DNA of 64,000 nucleotides from Solirubrobacteraceae bacterium (GTDB lineage: Bacteria; Actinomycetota; Thermoleophilia; Solirubrobacterales; Solirubrobacteraceae), in assembly GCA_036264175.1 (NCBI GenBank), contig DATARK010000050.1:2105-66104 (forward strand), read 5' to 3'. The notes under the pieces were generated by a model that was given only the letters and a program-made list of their open reading frames with translations, was not told the origin of the DNA and searched no databases. Position numbers and translations under genes: made by a program. The stretch's first letter is position 1. Each line of letters starts with the position of its first letter. Shown in pieces: positions 1 through 11,273 of this stretch.

Positions 1-813
1 TCGCGCGTGACCGCGCTGACGAACGTCGGCTTGGAGCACACGCGCTGGCTGGGCCCGACGCTGCGCGACATCGCCGAGGAGAAGCTCGCGGTCGTGTGCC
101 CGGGCACGACGCTGGTGCTCGGCGCCGGCTTGGCCGACGAGGCGCGCGGTGTGGCCGAGCGCGTGGCCGGCGAGCGCGGCGCGCGCATCGTCTTCGCCGC
201 GGACTCGGTCAGCGATACGCCGCTGGCCGCTGCCGGCGCCTTCCAGCAGCGCAACTTCGCGCTCGCGCGCGTTGTCGCAGAGACCTATCTGCGCGAGTGC
301 TCGGTGACGCCGAGCGAGCAGGCGGTGCGCGCGGCGGCGGCTGCGACTGAGGTGCCCGGGCGCCTGCAGGTGCTGTGCCGCGACCCGCTGACGGTACTGG
401 ACGGAGCGCACAACCCGGACGCCGTGCAGGCGCTCGTGCAGGCGCTGGGAGACGTGATCGGTGGGCGTCCGCTGGCGCTGGTGCTCGGAGTGCTCGAGGA
501 CAAGGACGCCGTGGGCATGCTGGGGCCGCTGCTGGCGTTCGCCGAGCGGGCGTGGTTCACGGCGCCGCCCAGCGCGCGAGCGCTGTCGCCTGCCGCACTG
601 CAGTCGCTGGCGCGCCAGCTGGGCTTCGAGCGCGCGGTCGGCGAGCCGAGTCCGCTGCTCGCGCTGGCGCAGGCCCAGCGGTGGGCCTCAGAGCGCGGCG
701 GCGCGGTGCTCGCGACGGGCTCGGTGTACCTCGTCGGCGAGCTGCTCGCGCAGGCCGTGCCGGGCGCCCGCGCAGAGGACTCAGACGATCGCCGGCGAAG
801 GGCTGCATCGTGA
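1..813 (+). CDS. folC: Folylpolyglutamate synthase/dihydrofolate synthase, 5'-truncated by the window edge
   Basis: TNVGLEH..LG.T...IA.EK, PGRLQ, LDGAHNP and ATGSVYLVG motifs. Confidence 0.9.
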   Translation, partial: SRVTALTNVGLEHTRWLGPTLRDIAEEKLAVVCPGTTLVLGAGLADEARGVAERVAGERGARIVFAADSVSDTPLAAAGAFQQRNFALARVVAETYLRECSVTPSEQAVRAAAAATEVPGRLQVLCRDPLTVLDGAHNPDAVQALVQALGDVIGGRPLALVLGVLEDKDAVGMLGPLLAFAERAWFTAPPSARALSPAALQSLARQLGFERAVGEPSPLLALAQAQRWASERGGAVLATGSVYLVGELLAQAVPGARAEDSDDRRRRAAS

Positions 814-926
814 ACGACGACGGCCCTTCGGTGCTGACGATGATCGGCGCGGTGGCGCTGATCGTGGCGATGGTGATCCTCGTGTTCTTCGCCGCCGGTT
901 ACGGATTCGGCCGTCTATTTCTCTAA
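810..926 (+). CDS. Small (38 aa) single-TM membrane protein
   Basis: GTGA overlap with the folC stop; hydrophobic helix VLTMIGAVALIVAMVILVFFAAGYGFGRLFL. Confidence 0.7.
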   Translation: MNDDGPSVLTMIGAVALIVAMVILVFFAAGYGFGRLFL

Positions 927-938
927 GCTTGGCCCGCA

Positions 939-1685
939 ATGAACACCCTCGCATACTTCGGAATCGAAAGCAGCGGCCTGAACCTGGTCGTGGACCTGCT
1001 GATCCTGTTCATCGTGGTGCTGTATCTGTCGTTGATCTACTGGACCTACGCCGATGCGCGCAGGCGGATCATGGACCCGATGCTCGTGGGGTGCGCGACG
1101 GCTGCGTCGCTGTTCCCGTTCGTGGGCACGATCGTCTACATGATCCTGCGCCCTCCGGAGTACCTGGAGGACGTGCGCGAGCGCGAGCTCGAGGTGCAGG
1201 CCGCCGAGGCGCGCCTGCACGAGTTCGACCACTCCTTGTGCCCGCATTGCGACTACCGCGTGGAGCGCGACTTCGTGCGCTGTCCGAGCTGCCTGCGCAA
1301 GCTCAAGGAGCGCTGCGTCAACTGCTCGCGCCCGCTCGACCAGGCGTGGACGATCTGCCCCTACTGCGAGACCGAGGTGGCACCGAGCACGCCGGCGCGG
1401 CGCACGCGCCGCCGGCGCACGCAGGCCTCGATCGATGCCGAGCAGGCCGAGCTGGCGACGACGACCAGGCCCGAGACCGCCCGCGCGAAGGCCACGCGCG
1501 AGCGCAAGGAACGCGAGGCCGTGCCGGTCGTCGACGCAGAGGTGGTCGAGGAGGAAGGCGACGAGCAGGACACGCGCGCCACACCCGTCGTCGCAGCCGA
1601 GCCGGCGCCGCGCTCACGTGGAACGCGCTCAGGCTCCAGCGGCTCCGGCGGCAGCAGCACCCGCCGCCCGCGCCCGAGCACCTAG
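939..1685 (+). CDS. Membrane protein with double zinc-ribbon (4x CxxC) and disordered C-terminus
   Basis: Two N-terminal TM segments; CPHC, CPSC, CVNC, CPYC. Confidence 0.8.
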   Translation: MNTLAYFGIESSGLNLVVDLLILFIVVLYLSLIYWTYADARRRIMDPMLVGCATAASLFPFVGTIVYMILRPPEYLEDVRERELEVQAAEARLHEFDHSLCPHCDYRVERDFVRCPSCLRKLKERCVNCSRPLDQAWTICPYCETEVAPSTPARRTRRRRTQASIDAEQAELATTTRPETARAKATRERKEREAVPVVDAEVVEEEGDEQDTRATPVVAAEPAPRSRGTRSGSSGSGGSSTRRPRPST

Positions 1686-1715
1686 ACGCACTCCCGCAAT
1701 CCAGCAAAGGAACCC

Positions 1716-2120
1716 ATGGACCGAACGTTGATCCTTGTAAAGCCAGACGCGTTCGCGCGGGGGCTGTCCGGCGAGATCATCGCCCGCTTCGAGCGCAAGG
1801 GGCTGAAGATCGTGGCGCTGCGCAGCATGACGGTGCAGCGCGAGCTGGCCGAGCAGCACTACGCCGAGCACGCCGAGCGTCCGTTCTTCGGCGAGCTGGT
1901 GGACTTCATCACGTCGGGGCCGATCGTGGCGATGGTGTTCGAGGGCGTCGAGGCGGTCAAGGCGGCGCGCCAGGTGATCGGCGCGACCAATCCGCTGGAG
2001 GCGACGACCGGCTCGATTCGCGGCGACTTCGCGATCGAGATGGGCCAGAACATGGTGCACGGCTCGGACTCGCCGGAGTCTGCGGCGCGCGAGTCGGCGC
2101 TGTTCTTCCCCGACCTTTAG
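1716..2120 (+). CDS. ndk: Nucleoside-diphosphate kinase
   Basis: [30 protein letters not shown]; SD AAGGA. Confidence 0.97.
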   Translation: MDRTLILVKPDAFARGLSGEIIARFERKGLKIVALRSMTVQRELAEQHYAEHAERPFFGELVDFITSGPIVAMVFEGVEAVKAARQVIGATNPLEATTGSIRGDFAIEMGQNMVHGSDSPESAARESALFFPDL

Positions 2121-2723
2121 CCGGCCGCCGCCGTCGCACAGCCGCTTCCGCTCGTACTGGCCTCGCGCTCGCCTCAGCGGCGACAGCTGCTGGAGCGCCT
2201 GGGCGTGCCCTTCACGGTGCGTGTGTCGGACGCGCCCGAGATCGAGCAGGGCTCCGATCCGGCGCAGGTGGCTGTGGAGAACGCGCGGCGCAAGGCGACA
2301 GCCGCGCACGATGGCGGCGTGGCCGAGGCGGTGATCGGCTGCGACACGATCGTGGTGCTCGACGGCACGATCTACGGCAAGCCGCCCGACGAGGCGGCGG
2401 CGCGGACGACGATGAGCGCCTTGGGCGGACGCACGCACGAGGTGATCAGCGGCCTGGCGCTGCTGCTCTGCGAGGGCGGCGCGCAGGTGCGGCTGCGCAC
2501 GGCGGTGGCGCGCACACAGGTCAGCTTTCGCGAGCTGGACGACGAGCTGCTGGACTGGTACGCGGCGACCGGCGAGTGGCGCGATCGCTCGGGCGGCTAC
2601 GCGATCCAGGGGCTGACCGGCGCGCGGCTGGCCGTGGCCGTGCGCGGCGAAGAGGAGAACGTCGTGGGCCTGCCGCTCGGCAAGCTGCTGGAGCTCTATC
2701 CGGAGCTCTTGAACAGTTTTTAA
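2121..2723 (+). CDS. maf: Maf-family nucleoside triphosphate pyrophosphatase (start unresolved)
   Basis: LVLASRSPQRRQLL (from 2151), IGCDTIV..DG.IYGKP, GGYAIQG, NVVGLP; no ATG/GTG/TTG upstream of the N-terminal motif. Confidence 0.88.
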   Translation, partial: PAAAVAQPLPLVLASRSPQRRQLLERLGVPFTVRVSDAPEIEQGSDPAQVAVENARRKATAAHDGGVAEAVIGCDTIVVLDGTIYGKPPDEAAARTTMSALGGRTHEVISGLALLLCEGGAQVRLRTAVARTQVSFRELDDELLDWYAATGEWRDRSGGYAIQGLTGARLAVAVRGEEENVVGLPLGKLLELYPELLNSF

Positions 2724-2961
2724 GCTGCGCCTTCGGCGCCTCGAGCGTGCGCGGCTGCGGTCCGTCGCGCGGTTGCAGCCGACCACGCATTTCCCCTGCA
2801 AAAGCGCTGGCGTGCCTATCGGGCGGCAAGGGACGTTCGCTACACTGCCCCACCGAGCAAGCCTCAATCGCCGATCGGCCAGCACACGCAGCCGAGGCTC
2901 GCTGGCCGATCTCCGATCGGCGGCGGCGCGGGGTCGAGGCCGAGCGCTTTCTTTCCTATAA

Positions 2962-4011
<1,050 letters not shown>

Positions 4012-4081
4012 GCCGCGTGCCTGTTACGGGCACGCGCACCCGGGGGTACTCTTTCCCGAACGCTTTGGAAGGTCGCTATTC

Positions 4082-5032
4082 GTGTATGACAAGACGGTCC
4101 GTCGTCGACGCGCGGTGCTCGTGCTGCTCGTCGTGCTCTCCCTGATACTGCTGACGGCCTACTTCGGCGAGGCTTCGAACGGTGGCCTGCACTCCGTGCA
4201 GCGCGGCTTTCTGACGGTCGTCTCGCCGATCCAGAACGGCGCCAACAAGGCGCTGAAGCCGGTGCGCGACCTGATCGGCTGGTTCGGCGACACGCTGCAC
4301 GCCAAAGGCCAGCGCGACGAACTGCGCAAGCAGGTGGAGAAACTGCGCGCCGAAGTGATCGCCGACCAGTCTGAAAAACACTCCTATCGCGAACTGCTGA
4401 CGATGTATCGCCTGGACAACCAGCTGAGCGTCAAGGACTACCAGCCGGTCACGGCGACGGTCGTGGCCAAGTCGCCGAACGTGTGGTACTCGACGGTCAC
4501 GATCGACAAGGGCGAATCCTCGGGCGTGCACGTCAACGATCCGGTGATCAACGGCGAAGGGCTGATCGGCAAGGTCGCCCAGGCGGCCTCCGACGGTGCG
4601 CAGGTGACGCTGATCACCGACAGCTCGGTCGGCGTGTCCGCGCGCATCGGCTCGTCCAACGCGACTGGCATCGTGCAGCCGAAGGTGGGCGACCCCAACG
4701 ATCTGCTGCTGCAGTACCTGCCGGCCAACACGCAGGCCAACAAAGGCGAATACGTGGTCACCTCGGGCACCGTGTCCAGCCCCGACGACTCGCTGTATCC
4801 GCCGGGCATTCCGATCGGGCAGGTGACGTCGGTCAACGAAGAAAGCGCCTATCGCTCGGTCAACGTGCATCCGCTGGCCGACCTGCACAACCTCGACGTG
4901 GTGCAGGTGCTGACGGCGACGCGCGGCTCGCTGCCCGCCACCCTCAGCCGCCTGACCGTCAACCTGCCGCCCGGGCAGCACGCCGGGCAGAGCTCCGGCG
5001 AAGCGTTGGCCTCGACCGAAGGCGGCGGATGA
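4082..5032 (+). CDS. mreC: Rod shape-determining protein MreC
   Basis: N-terminal TM, coiled coil, TIDKG..GV, GLIGKV, VVTSG, YPPGIPIG; synteny. Confidence 0.93.
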   Translation: MYDKTVRRRRAVLVLLVVLSLILLTAYFGEASNGGLHSVQRGFLTVVSPIQNGANKALKPVRDLIGWFGDTLHAKGQRDELRKQVEKLRAEVIADQSEKHSYRELLTMYRLDNQLSVKDYQPVTATVVAKSPNVWYSTVTIDKGESSGVHVNDPVINGEGLIGKVAQAASDGAQVTLITDSSVGVSARIGSSNATGIVQPKVGDPNDLLLQYLPANTQANKGEYVVTSGTVSSPDDSLYPPGIPIGQVTSVNEESAYRSVNVHPLADLHNLDVVQVLTATRGSLPATLSRLTVNLPPGQHAGQSSGEALASTEGGG

Positions 5033-5601
5033 ACGGCAACTTCCCCTCGGCGCTGCTCGTGCGCATCGCCGTGCTCAGCGTGGTCGTCGTGTTCTTTCAG
5101 ATCGGCGTCGTCTCGGAGGTGCCTGTGTTCGGCGTCAGCGTCGACCTGTCACCGCTGCTGGTCGCCTTCGTCGGCCTGCTGTGCGGCTCGACGATCGGTG
5201 CGGCGACCGGCTTCGCCGTCGGGCTGCTGGTCGACCTGGCGCTCGTGCAGACGCTCGGCGTGACGTCGCTGACGCTGACCGTCGTCGGCTACTGGGCCGG
5301 ACGTCTGCGCGAACTGCGTGACCCGCAGGCCGCGCTGACGCCGCTGCTCGTCGGCGCGGCCGCCGCGGCCGCCGCGGCCGTCGGCTATTCGCTGGTGCAG
5401 TTCCTGCTCGGCGTCGACGCGCCGGTCAGCCTGGAGCTGCTGCGCCAGATCGTGCTCGGCGTGGTCGTCGACACGATCATCGCGCTGCCAGTGTGGGCGA
5501 TCGTGCGCCGCTGTCTGATCGGCGGCCTGCCCGACGACCCGCGGCGGCGCCGCAGGCGCGCGTACACCACCGGCGGTCTGAGCCCGTTGTCGCGATCGTG
5601 A
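5029..5601 (+). CDS. mreD: Rod shape-determining protein MreD
   Basis: ATGA overlap with mreC; multi-TM with GF..GLL.D motif. Confidence 0.9.
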   Translation: MNGNFPSALLVRIAVLSVVVVFFQIGVVSEVPVFGVSVDLSPLLVAFVGLLCGSTIGAATGFAVGLLVDLALVQTLGVTSLTLTVVGYWAGRLRELRDPQAALTPLLVGAAAAAAAAVGYSLVQFLLGVDAPVSLELLRQIVLGVVVDTIIALPVWAIVRRCLIGGLPDDPRRRRRRAYTTGGLSPLSRS

Positions 5602-5620
5602 TGAAGCGAGCTCCCCGAGC

Positions 5621-7615
5621 ATGAGCGCGATCGAGCCCGCCGGGCGGCGATCGGAGCGCATTCCCGTCTCGCCGCAGCTGGCGCTGCGCGTGGCGATTCT
5701 CGGCGGGCTGGCGATCGCGATGTTCGCGATCATCTTCTTCCGCCTGTGGTTCCTGCAGGTGCTGTCGGGCGAACAGTACGTGCAGCAGGCCAATGCCAAC
5801 CGCGCGCGCGACCTGCCCGTGGCGGCGCCGCGTGGCGAAATTCTCGACCGCGAAGGCAAGGCGCTGGTCGCCAGCCGCACGACCAACGCCGTGCAGGTCG
5901 TGCCTTCGGCGTTGCCGCCGGCGGGGCGCCAGCGCGTGCTGCTCTACCGCCGCCTGGGCCGGCTGCTCGGCATGAGCGGCGCGCACGTGCAGGCGCTGGT
6001 GATCAAGGGCCGCACGGCGGTGCCCTACGCGCCGGTGACGATCAAGACCGATGCCGGCCGCGGCGCGCTGACGGTGCTGGCCGAGCGCCAGAGCGAATTT
6101 CCCGGCGTGACGCAGCAGCCGGTGTCGATCCGGGCATATCCCTACGGCGCGATGGCCGCGCAGGTGCTGGGCTATGTCGGACAGGTCTCCGAAGGTGAGC
6201 TCAAACTGCGTGCTTTCGATGGCGTGAAGCAAGGCACGGTCGTCGGCCAGGAAGGCCTGGAGTACTACTACGACCGCTACCTGCGCGGACGTCAGGGCAT
6301 TCAGCGGGTGGAGGTCAACGCGGCCGGCTATCCGGTGCCCAGCAAGCTCGCGCCGACGCCGCCGAAGGCCGGCTACAGCCTCAAGGTGACGCTCGACATG
6401 GGCTTGCAGAAGGAGGGCGAAAAGGCGTTGCTGCAGGGCATCGAAAACGCGCGTGCCGGCGGCAAACCGGCCGACGCGGGCGCGTTCGTGGCGCTTGACC
6501 CGCGCAACGGCCAGGTTCTGGCGATGGGCTCCTCGCCGACGTTCGACCCGAACAAGTTCGCCAAACCGCTGACCAAGAGCGAATACGCGGCGCTGGAGGG
6601 CAAGGCGGGAGCGGCCGGTGAAGAATCGCCGGCGCCGCTGACCGACCGCGCCGTCAACGGCACCTATCCGACGGGCTCGACGTTCAAGCCGATCACGGCC
6701 ATGGGCACGCTGGAAGCCGGCGTGATCAACCCCAGCGAGGGACTCGGCGCGGGGCAGTGCATCGCCGTCTCGACCGAGCAGTTCTGCAACGCCGGCAAGG
6801 CCGACTACGGCGCGGTCGGTCTGGTGGAAGCACTGAAGGTGTCCTCGGACACGTACTTCTTCCAGGCCGGCGAGCTGGCCAACAGCCACGGCAACGTGAT
6901 CCAGCGCGAGGCGCACAAGCTCGGCGTGGGCGAGCAGACGGGCATCGACCTGCCCAGCGAGATCACCGGCCTGGTGCCGGATCGCGCGTGGCGCGCGAAC
7001 GTCGCGCGCGAGGAGCTGGCGTGCGAGAAGCGCCGCCACGTGTCCAGCTGCGGCATCTCCGACGGACGCCCCTGGAGCGTCGGCGACAACATGCACCTGG
7101 CGGTCGGCCAGGGCGACCTGCTGACCTCGCCGCTGCAGATGGCCGTCGCCTACTCGACGCTGGCCAACGCCTTCACCAACGGCGGCAACGGCTGGGTCGT
7201 GCGCCCGCACCTGGGCATGGAGATCGACGGCTCCCAGGGCCGGCTGGTGCAGTCGCTGAGCTTCCCGGCCGAGCGCCACGTGCATCTCAACGACGAAGAC
7301 CTGAACCTGGTCATGCAGGGCATCCACGAGGCCGCCAGCCAGCCGGGTGGCACCTCGGCGGCGGTGTGGGCGGGCTGGAACCAGGCGCAGCACCCGGTCT
7401 ATGGAAAGACGGGCACCGCGCAGCACGTGGGCAAAGAAGACCAGTCCTGGTACATGTGCTTCGTCGGCGATCCCAAGCGGCCGATCGTGATCGCGGTGAC
7501 GATCGAGCAGGGCGGCTTCGGCGCCGAAACAGCCGCGCCGGTGGCGCGGCTGCTCGCCTCGCAGTGGTTCGGTCAGGCCAAGAAGTTCGTCGCCGGGAGC
7601 TCGCACACGTTTTGA
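5621..7615 (+). CDS. mrdA: Penicillin-binding protein 2 (class B transpeptidase)
   Basis: RLWFLQV, APRGEILDR, PTGSTFK (SxxK), SSD, GKTGT. Confidence 0.95.
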   Translation: MSAIEPAGRRSERIPVSPQLALRVAILGGLAIAMFAIIFFRLWFLQVLSGEQYVQQANANRARDLPVAAPRGEILDREGKALVASRTTNAVQVVPSALPPAGRQRVLLYRRLGRLLGMSGAHVQALVIKGRTAVPYAPVTIKTDAGRGALTVLAERQSEFPGVTQQPVSIRAYPYGAMAAQVLGYVGQVSEGELKLRAFDGVKQGTVVGQEGLEYYYDRYLRGRQGIQRVEVNAAGYPVPSKLAPTPPKAGYSLKVTLDMGLQKEGEKALLQGIENARAGGKPADAGAFVALDPRNGQVLAMGSSPTFDPNKFAKPLTKSEYAALEGKAGAAGEESPAPLTDRAVNGTYPTGSTFKPITAMGTLEAGVINPSEGLGAGQCIAVSTEQFCNAGKADYGAVGLVEALKVSSDTYFFQAGELANSHGNVIQREAHKLGVGEQTGIDLPSEITGLVPDRAWRANVAREELACEKRRHVSSCGISDGRPWSVGDNMHLAVGQGDLLTSPLQMAVAYSTLANAFTNGGNGWVVRPHLGMEIDGSQGRLVQSLSFPAERHVHLNDEDLNLVMQGIHEAASQPGGTSAAVWAGWNQAQHPVYGKTGTAQHVGKEDQSWYMCFVGDPKRPIVIAVTIEQGGFGAETAAPVARLLASQWFGQAKKFVAGSSHTF

Positions 7616-8820
7616 GCCCGCTCAGCCCGATCACGGCCTCAGAACAGGCGTCGGCCGTTGCCGATCGCGCGCGCGTGGGGCCGCGCACGCTGCGCCTGCC
7701 GCTGGACCCGCTGCTGACGCTCGCGGTTATCGGGCTGGCGGTCTGCTCGATCATCACGCTCGGCGCGGCCACGCGCGACCTCGTGCCGGGGCAGCCGCAC
7801 TACTACGTCGACCGCCAGCTGACCTATCTGATCGTCGGCGTGCTGCTGATGATCGCGCTTTCGCGGCTGGACTACGCGCGGCTGCGGCCGCTGAAAAACG
7901 CGATCTACGGCGTATTGATCTTCACGATTCTGGCGGTGCTCGCGCTGGGGCACACCGCGCGCGGCTCCCAGCGCGCGATCAACCTGCCGTTCTTCTCCTT
8001 CCAGGCTTCCGAGCTCGGCAAGGTGCTGCTGATGCTCGCGCTCGCGGCGCTGGTCGTCGATCGCGCCAGGCGCCTGCGCGACCGCGACACGACCGCGCTG
8101 GTGATGCTCGCGGCGCTCGTGCCGGCGATGTTCGTGATCGCCCAGCCGGACCTCGGCTCAGGGCTGGTCTACGTGACGATTGCGCTGACGCTGCTGTTCG
8201 TCGCCGGCACGTCGTGGAAGCATCTCGCCGGGCTGTTCGCGCTTGGCGCTGTGGCGCTGACGTTCGTGCTCGTCGCGGCGCCGGCGGTGGGAGTGCACGT
8301 GCTCAAGCCCTACCAGGTGCAGCGCCTGACGGCGTTCCTGCATCCGACGACCAACGCGCAGAAGGAAGGCTACCAACAGGAGGAGTCCAAGATCGCGATC
8401 GGATCGGGCCAGAGGTTCGGTCGCGGGACCAACGCCACGCAGAGCAAACTCGGCTACGTGCCCGAGAACCACACCGATTTCATCTTCGCCGCGGTCGGCG
8501 AGCAGTACGGCTTCGTCGGCGCCGCGTTCGTGCTGTCGCTGTACGGGCTGTTGATCTGGAGAGCCCTGCGCATCCTCACGATGTCAAAGGACCTGTTCGG
8601 CTCGCTCGTCGCGGCCGGAGTAGCGGCTATGCTCATGTTTCAGGTCTTTGTCAACGTGGGAATGGCGATTGGGATCATGCCGATCACCGGCGTCACGCTG
8701 CCGCTCATGAGCTATGGCGGCTCGTCGGTCATCACCACACTTCTGGCAGTGGGCCTGTTGCAATCGATTTACATCCAGGCACGCGCCTCGCAAGCAATGA
8801 AGGGGCGCGTCCTGCGCTAA
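7612..8820 (+). CDS. rodA: SEDS glycosyltransferase RodA
   Basis: TTGA overlap with mrdA; FQASELGK, QPDLG, PENHTDFIF, GVTLPLMSYGGSS. Confidence 0.93.
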   Translation: MSPLSPITASEQASAVADRARVGPRTLRLPLDPLLTLAVIGLAVCSIITLGAATRDLVPGQPHYYVDRQLTYLIVGVLLMIALSRLDYARLRPLKNAIYGVLIFTILAVLALGHTARGSQRAINLPFFSFQASELGKVLLMLALAALVVDRARRLRDRDTTALVMLAALVPAMFVIAQPDLGSGLVYVTIALTLLFVAGTSWKHLAGLFALGAVALTFVLVAAPAVGVHVLKPYQVQRLTAFLHPTTNAQKEGYQQEESKIAIGSGQRFGRGTNATQSKLGYVPENHTDFIFAAVGEQYGFVGAAFVLSLYGLLIWRALRILTMSKDLFGSLVAAGVAAMLMFQVFVNVGMAIGIMPITGVTLPLMSYGGSSVITTLLAVGLLQSIYIQARASQAMKGRVLR

Positions 8821-9019
8821 CAGACACCGATGAACGCCCCGCATCTCCCGCCAGACCGTCAGCCCGCTGCGGCGAGCCCCGACGACGTCGCGGAGAGGCG
8901 GCAGGCCATCGATGTCATTGCCGACCCGCGGGCCGCCGGCCCGTCGCACGGACGCCTGCATCACGGGCGCCCGTCCGCCTCGGGCCAGGCGCCAACCCAT
9001 ACCGAAAGACTGGTTCACA

Positions 9020-11266
9020 TTGAAAAAGCAAGTTCTCGTCAGCGTCGATCGCGCGGAGACGCGCGTCGCGCTTCTGGAGGCCGGCGGCACGCCCGCCGCG
9101 AGCTCCTCGACCCGCAAAGGAGCCGCCGCGGCGGCCAAGCCATCGACTGCGAAAGCGAGCTCACGCAAGCGCGGAGCTAAGGCTCCCGACGCCGGCTATC
9201 GCATCGCCGAGCTGTACATCGAGCGCCGCGGCGGGCGCTCGATCGTCGGCAACATCTACAAGGGCAAGGTCGACAACGTGCTGCCCGGCCTGGAGGCGGC
9301 GTTCGTCGACATCGGCCTGGAGAAGAACGGCTTTCTGCACGTCGACGAGATCGTGCTGCCGGGCGTCGAGGCGCCCAAACGCGGTCGCGGCAGCGGCAGC
9401 GGGCGGCGCATCTCAGACCTGCTCAAGCCCGGGCAGGAGATCGTCGTGCAGGTCGTCAAGGATCCGCTGAAGACCAAGGGCGCGCGGCTGTCGATGGAGC
9501 TGACGATCGCCGGGCGCTACATGGTCTATGCGCCCAGCGGCGAGGGCATCGGCGTGTCGCGGCGCCTGGAGGACAAAGAGCGCGACAGGCTGCGCCGCCA
9601 GACAGCCAAACTGGAGATCGGCGGCGGGGGCGTGATCGTGCGCACGGCCGCACACGGCGCCAAGCGCGAGGACTTCGAACGCGAGCTGAAGTACCTGCAC
9701 AAGCTGCACGAGGTGCTGGAGAAACGCGTCGAGGACACGGCCGCGCCCGATCTGGTCTTCCAGGAGGCCGACCTGTCGGTGCGCGTGGTGCGCGACATCT
9801 TCTCGGCGCACTTCGAGCGGGCGATCGTCGACGACGAGCAGCAGTACCGCAGGCTGGTGTCGTTCTTCACGCGCACCGCTCCCGAGCTGGTCGAGCGCGT
9901 CGAGCTGTGGCAGCAGGACGAGCCGCTGTATGAGGCCTACGGGGTCGACAAGGCGATCGACGGGCTGCTCTCGCGGCGTGTGGACCTGCCCAGCGGCGGC
10001 TATCTGATCATCGACTACGCCGAGGCGCTGACCGTGATCGACGTCAACTCCGGCTCGTTCATCGGGCGCGGCAAGGGTGCCGGTTTGGAGGACACGATCA
10101 CCAAGACCAACCTGGAGGCGGCGGAGGAGGTCGTCAACCAGCTGCGCCTGCGCGACATCGGCGGAATCATCGTGATCGACTTCATCGACATGGCCCGCGC
10201 GCGCAACCGCGACGCGGTGATGAAGGTGCTGCGCAAGACGCTCGACGAGGATCGCACGAAGACCTTCACGGCGGAGATCTCCAAGCTCGGGCTGGTCGAG
10301 ATGACGCGCCAGAACGTCACCGAGGGCGTGCGCGAGATCATGAGCCGTCCCTGCCCGACCTGCGAGGGCGAGGGCGTGATTCGCTCCGAGGAGACGATCG
10401 CGATCGAGTTCGAGCGCCGCCTGCGCGACGTCGCCTCCGAACACTCAGACGTGGACGCTTTCCTCGTGCAGATCAATCCGCGCGTGACCGCCGAGTTCAC
10501 CGGGCACGGATCGCGCGTGCTGCACGCGCTGGAGGCCGAGACCGGGAAGTCCTTCCTGTTCGAGGGCTCTGAAGGGCTCGCGCTCGACCACTTCGCGATC
10601 ACCTTCCAGGGAACGCGCGAGGAAGTCGAGGAGCGCGCGCTGCCGTTCCGCCAGGGCGACGAGGTGCTCGTGGAGATCGTCGAGCCGCACATGTACGACG
10701 TCGACGACGCCGTGGCGAAAATCGACGGCTACATCATCTCGATCGCCGGCGCCGCAGCTCACGTGGGAAGCAAGCGCATGGTGCGCATCGACCAGGTCGG
10801 ACGCACCGCGGCGAGCGCGCTGCTGCTCGACGAGGTCGGCGAGGTCGTGCGCGCGCCTGCGCGGGCGACGAGCGCGCGCAACGGCCGCGGCGGATCGAGC
10901 CGCCGCACGCCCGCGTCGGGCGAGGGTGGCCGCGCCGGCGAACGGGCCCGCTCGCGCGCCCGCGGGCGCAGAGCGCCGGCCGACAGCGAGGACGCCGACG
11001 TGCGCCGCGAAGCGGGGCTGCACGAGTCTGCCACGGCGATCGACTCAGAGCCCGAGGACACGCCGGTCAGCGACGCCGAGCCGACCAAGAAGCCGACGCG
11101 CCGCCGTTCGGCGAGCTCGGACGAGCAGGCCGAGGGCAGCGGGGGCGCCGAGGACAAGTCGCAGGACGAGGGCGCTGAGGATGGCCTACAATCCAAGCCT
11201 CGGCGTCGTGGCCGCAGGGGCGGGCGACGCCGTTCGGCTGCCAAGGCCAAGGCAACTCCGGAATAG
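9020..11266 (+). CDS. rne: Rne/Rng family ribonuclease with C-terminal TRAM-like domain and Arg/acidic disordered tail
   Basis: GNIYKGKV..VLPGLEAAFVDIG (S1), IDVNSG, RLRDIGGIIVIDFIDM, CPTC; probable TTG start at 9020. Confidence 0.92.
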   Translation: MKKQVLVSVDRAETRVALLEAGGTPAASSSTRKGAAAAAKPSTAKASSRKRGAKAPDAGYRIAELYIERRGGRSIVGNIYKGKVDNVLPGLEAAFVDIGLEKNGFLHVDEIVLPGVEAPKRGRGSGSGRRISDLLKPGQEIVVQVVKDPLKTKGARLSMELTIAGRYMVYAPSGEGIGVSRRLEDKERDRLRRQTAKLEIGGGGVIVRTAAHGAKREDFERELKYLHKLHEVLEKRVEDTAAPDLVFQEADLSVRVVRDIFSAHFERAIVDDEQQYRRLVSFFTRTAPELVERVELWQQDEPLYEAYGVDKAIDGLLSRRVDLPSGGYLIIDYAEALTVIDVNSGSFIGRGKGAGLEDTITKTNLEAAEEVVNQLRLRDIGGIIVIDFIDMARARNRDAVMKVLRKTLDEDRTKTFTAEISKLGLVEMTRQNVTEGVREIMSRPCPTCEGEGVIRSEETIAIEFERRLRDVASEHSDVDAFLVQINPRVTAEFTGHGSRVLHALEAETGKSFLFEGSEGLALDHFAITFQGTREEVEERALPFRQGDEVLVEIVEPHMYDVDDAVAKIDGYIISIAGAAAHVGSKRMVRIDQVGRTAASALLLDEVGEVVRAPARATSARNGRGGSSRRTPASGEGGRAGERARSRARGRRAPADSEDADVRREAGLHESATAIDSEPEDTPVSDAEPTKKPTRRRSASSDEQAEGSGGAEDKSQDEGAEDGLQSKPRRRGRRGGRRRSAAKAKATPE

Positions 11267-11273
11267 GGCAGAT

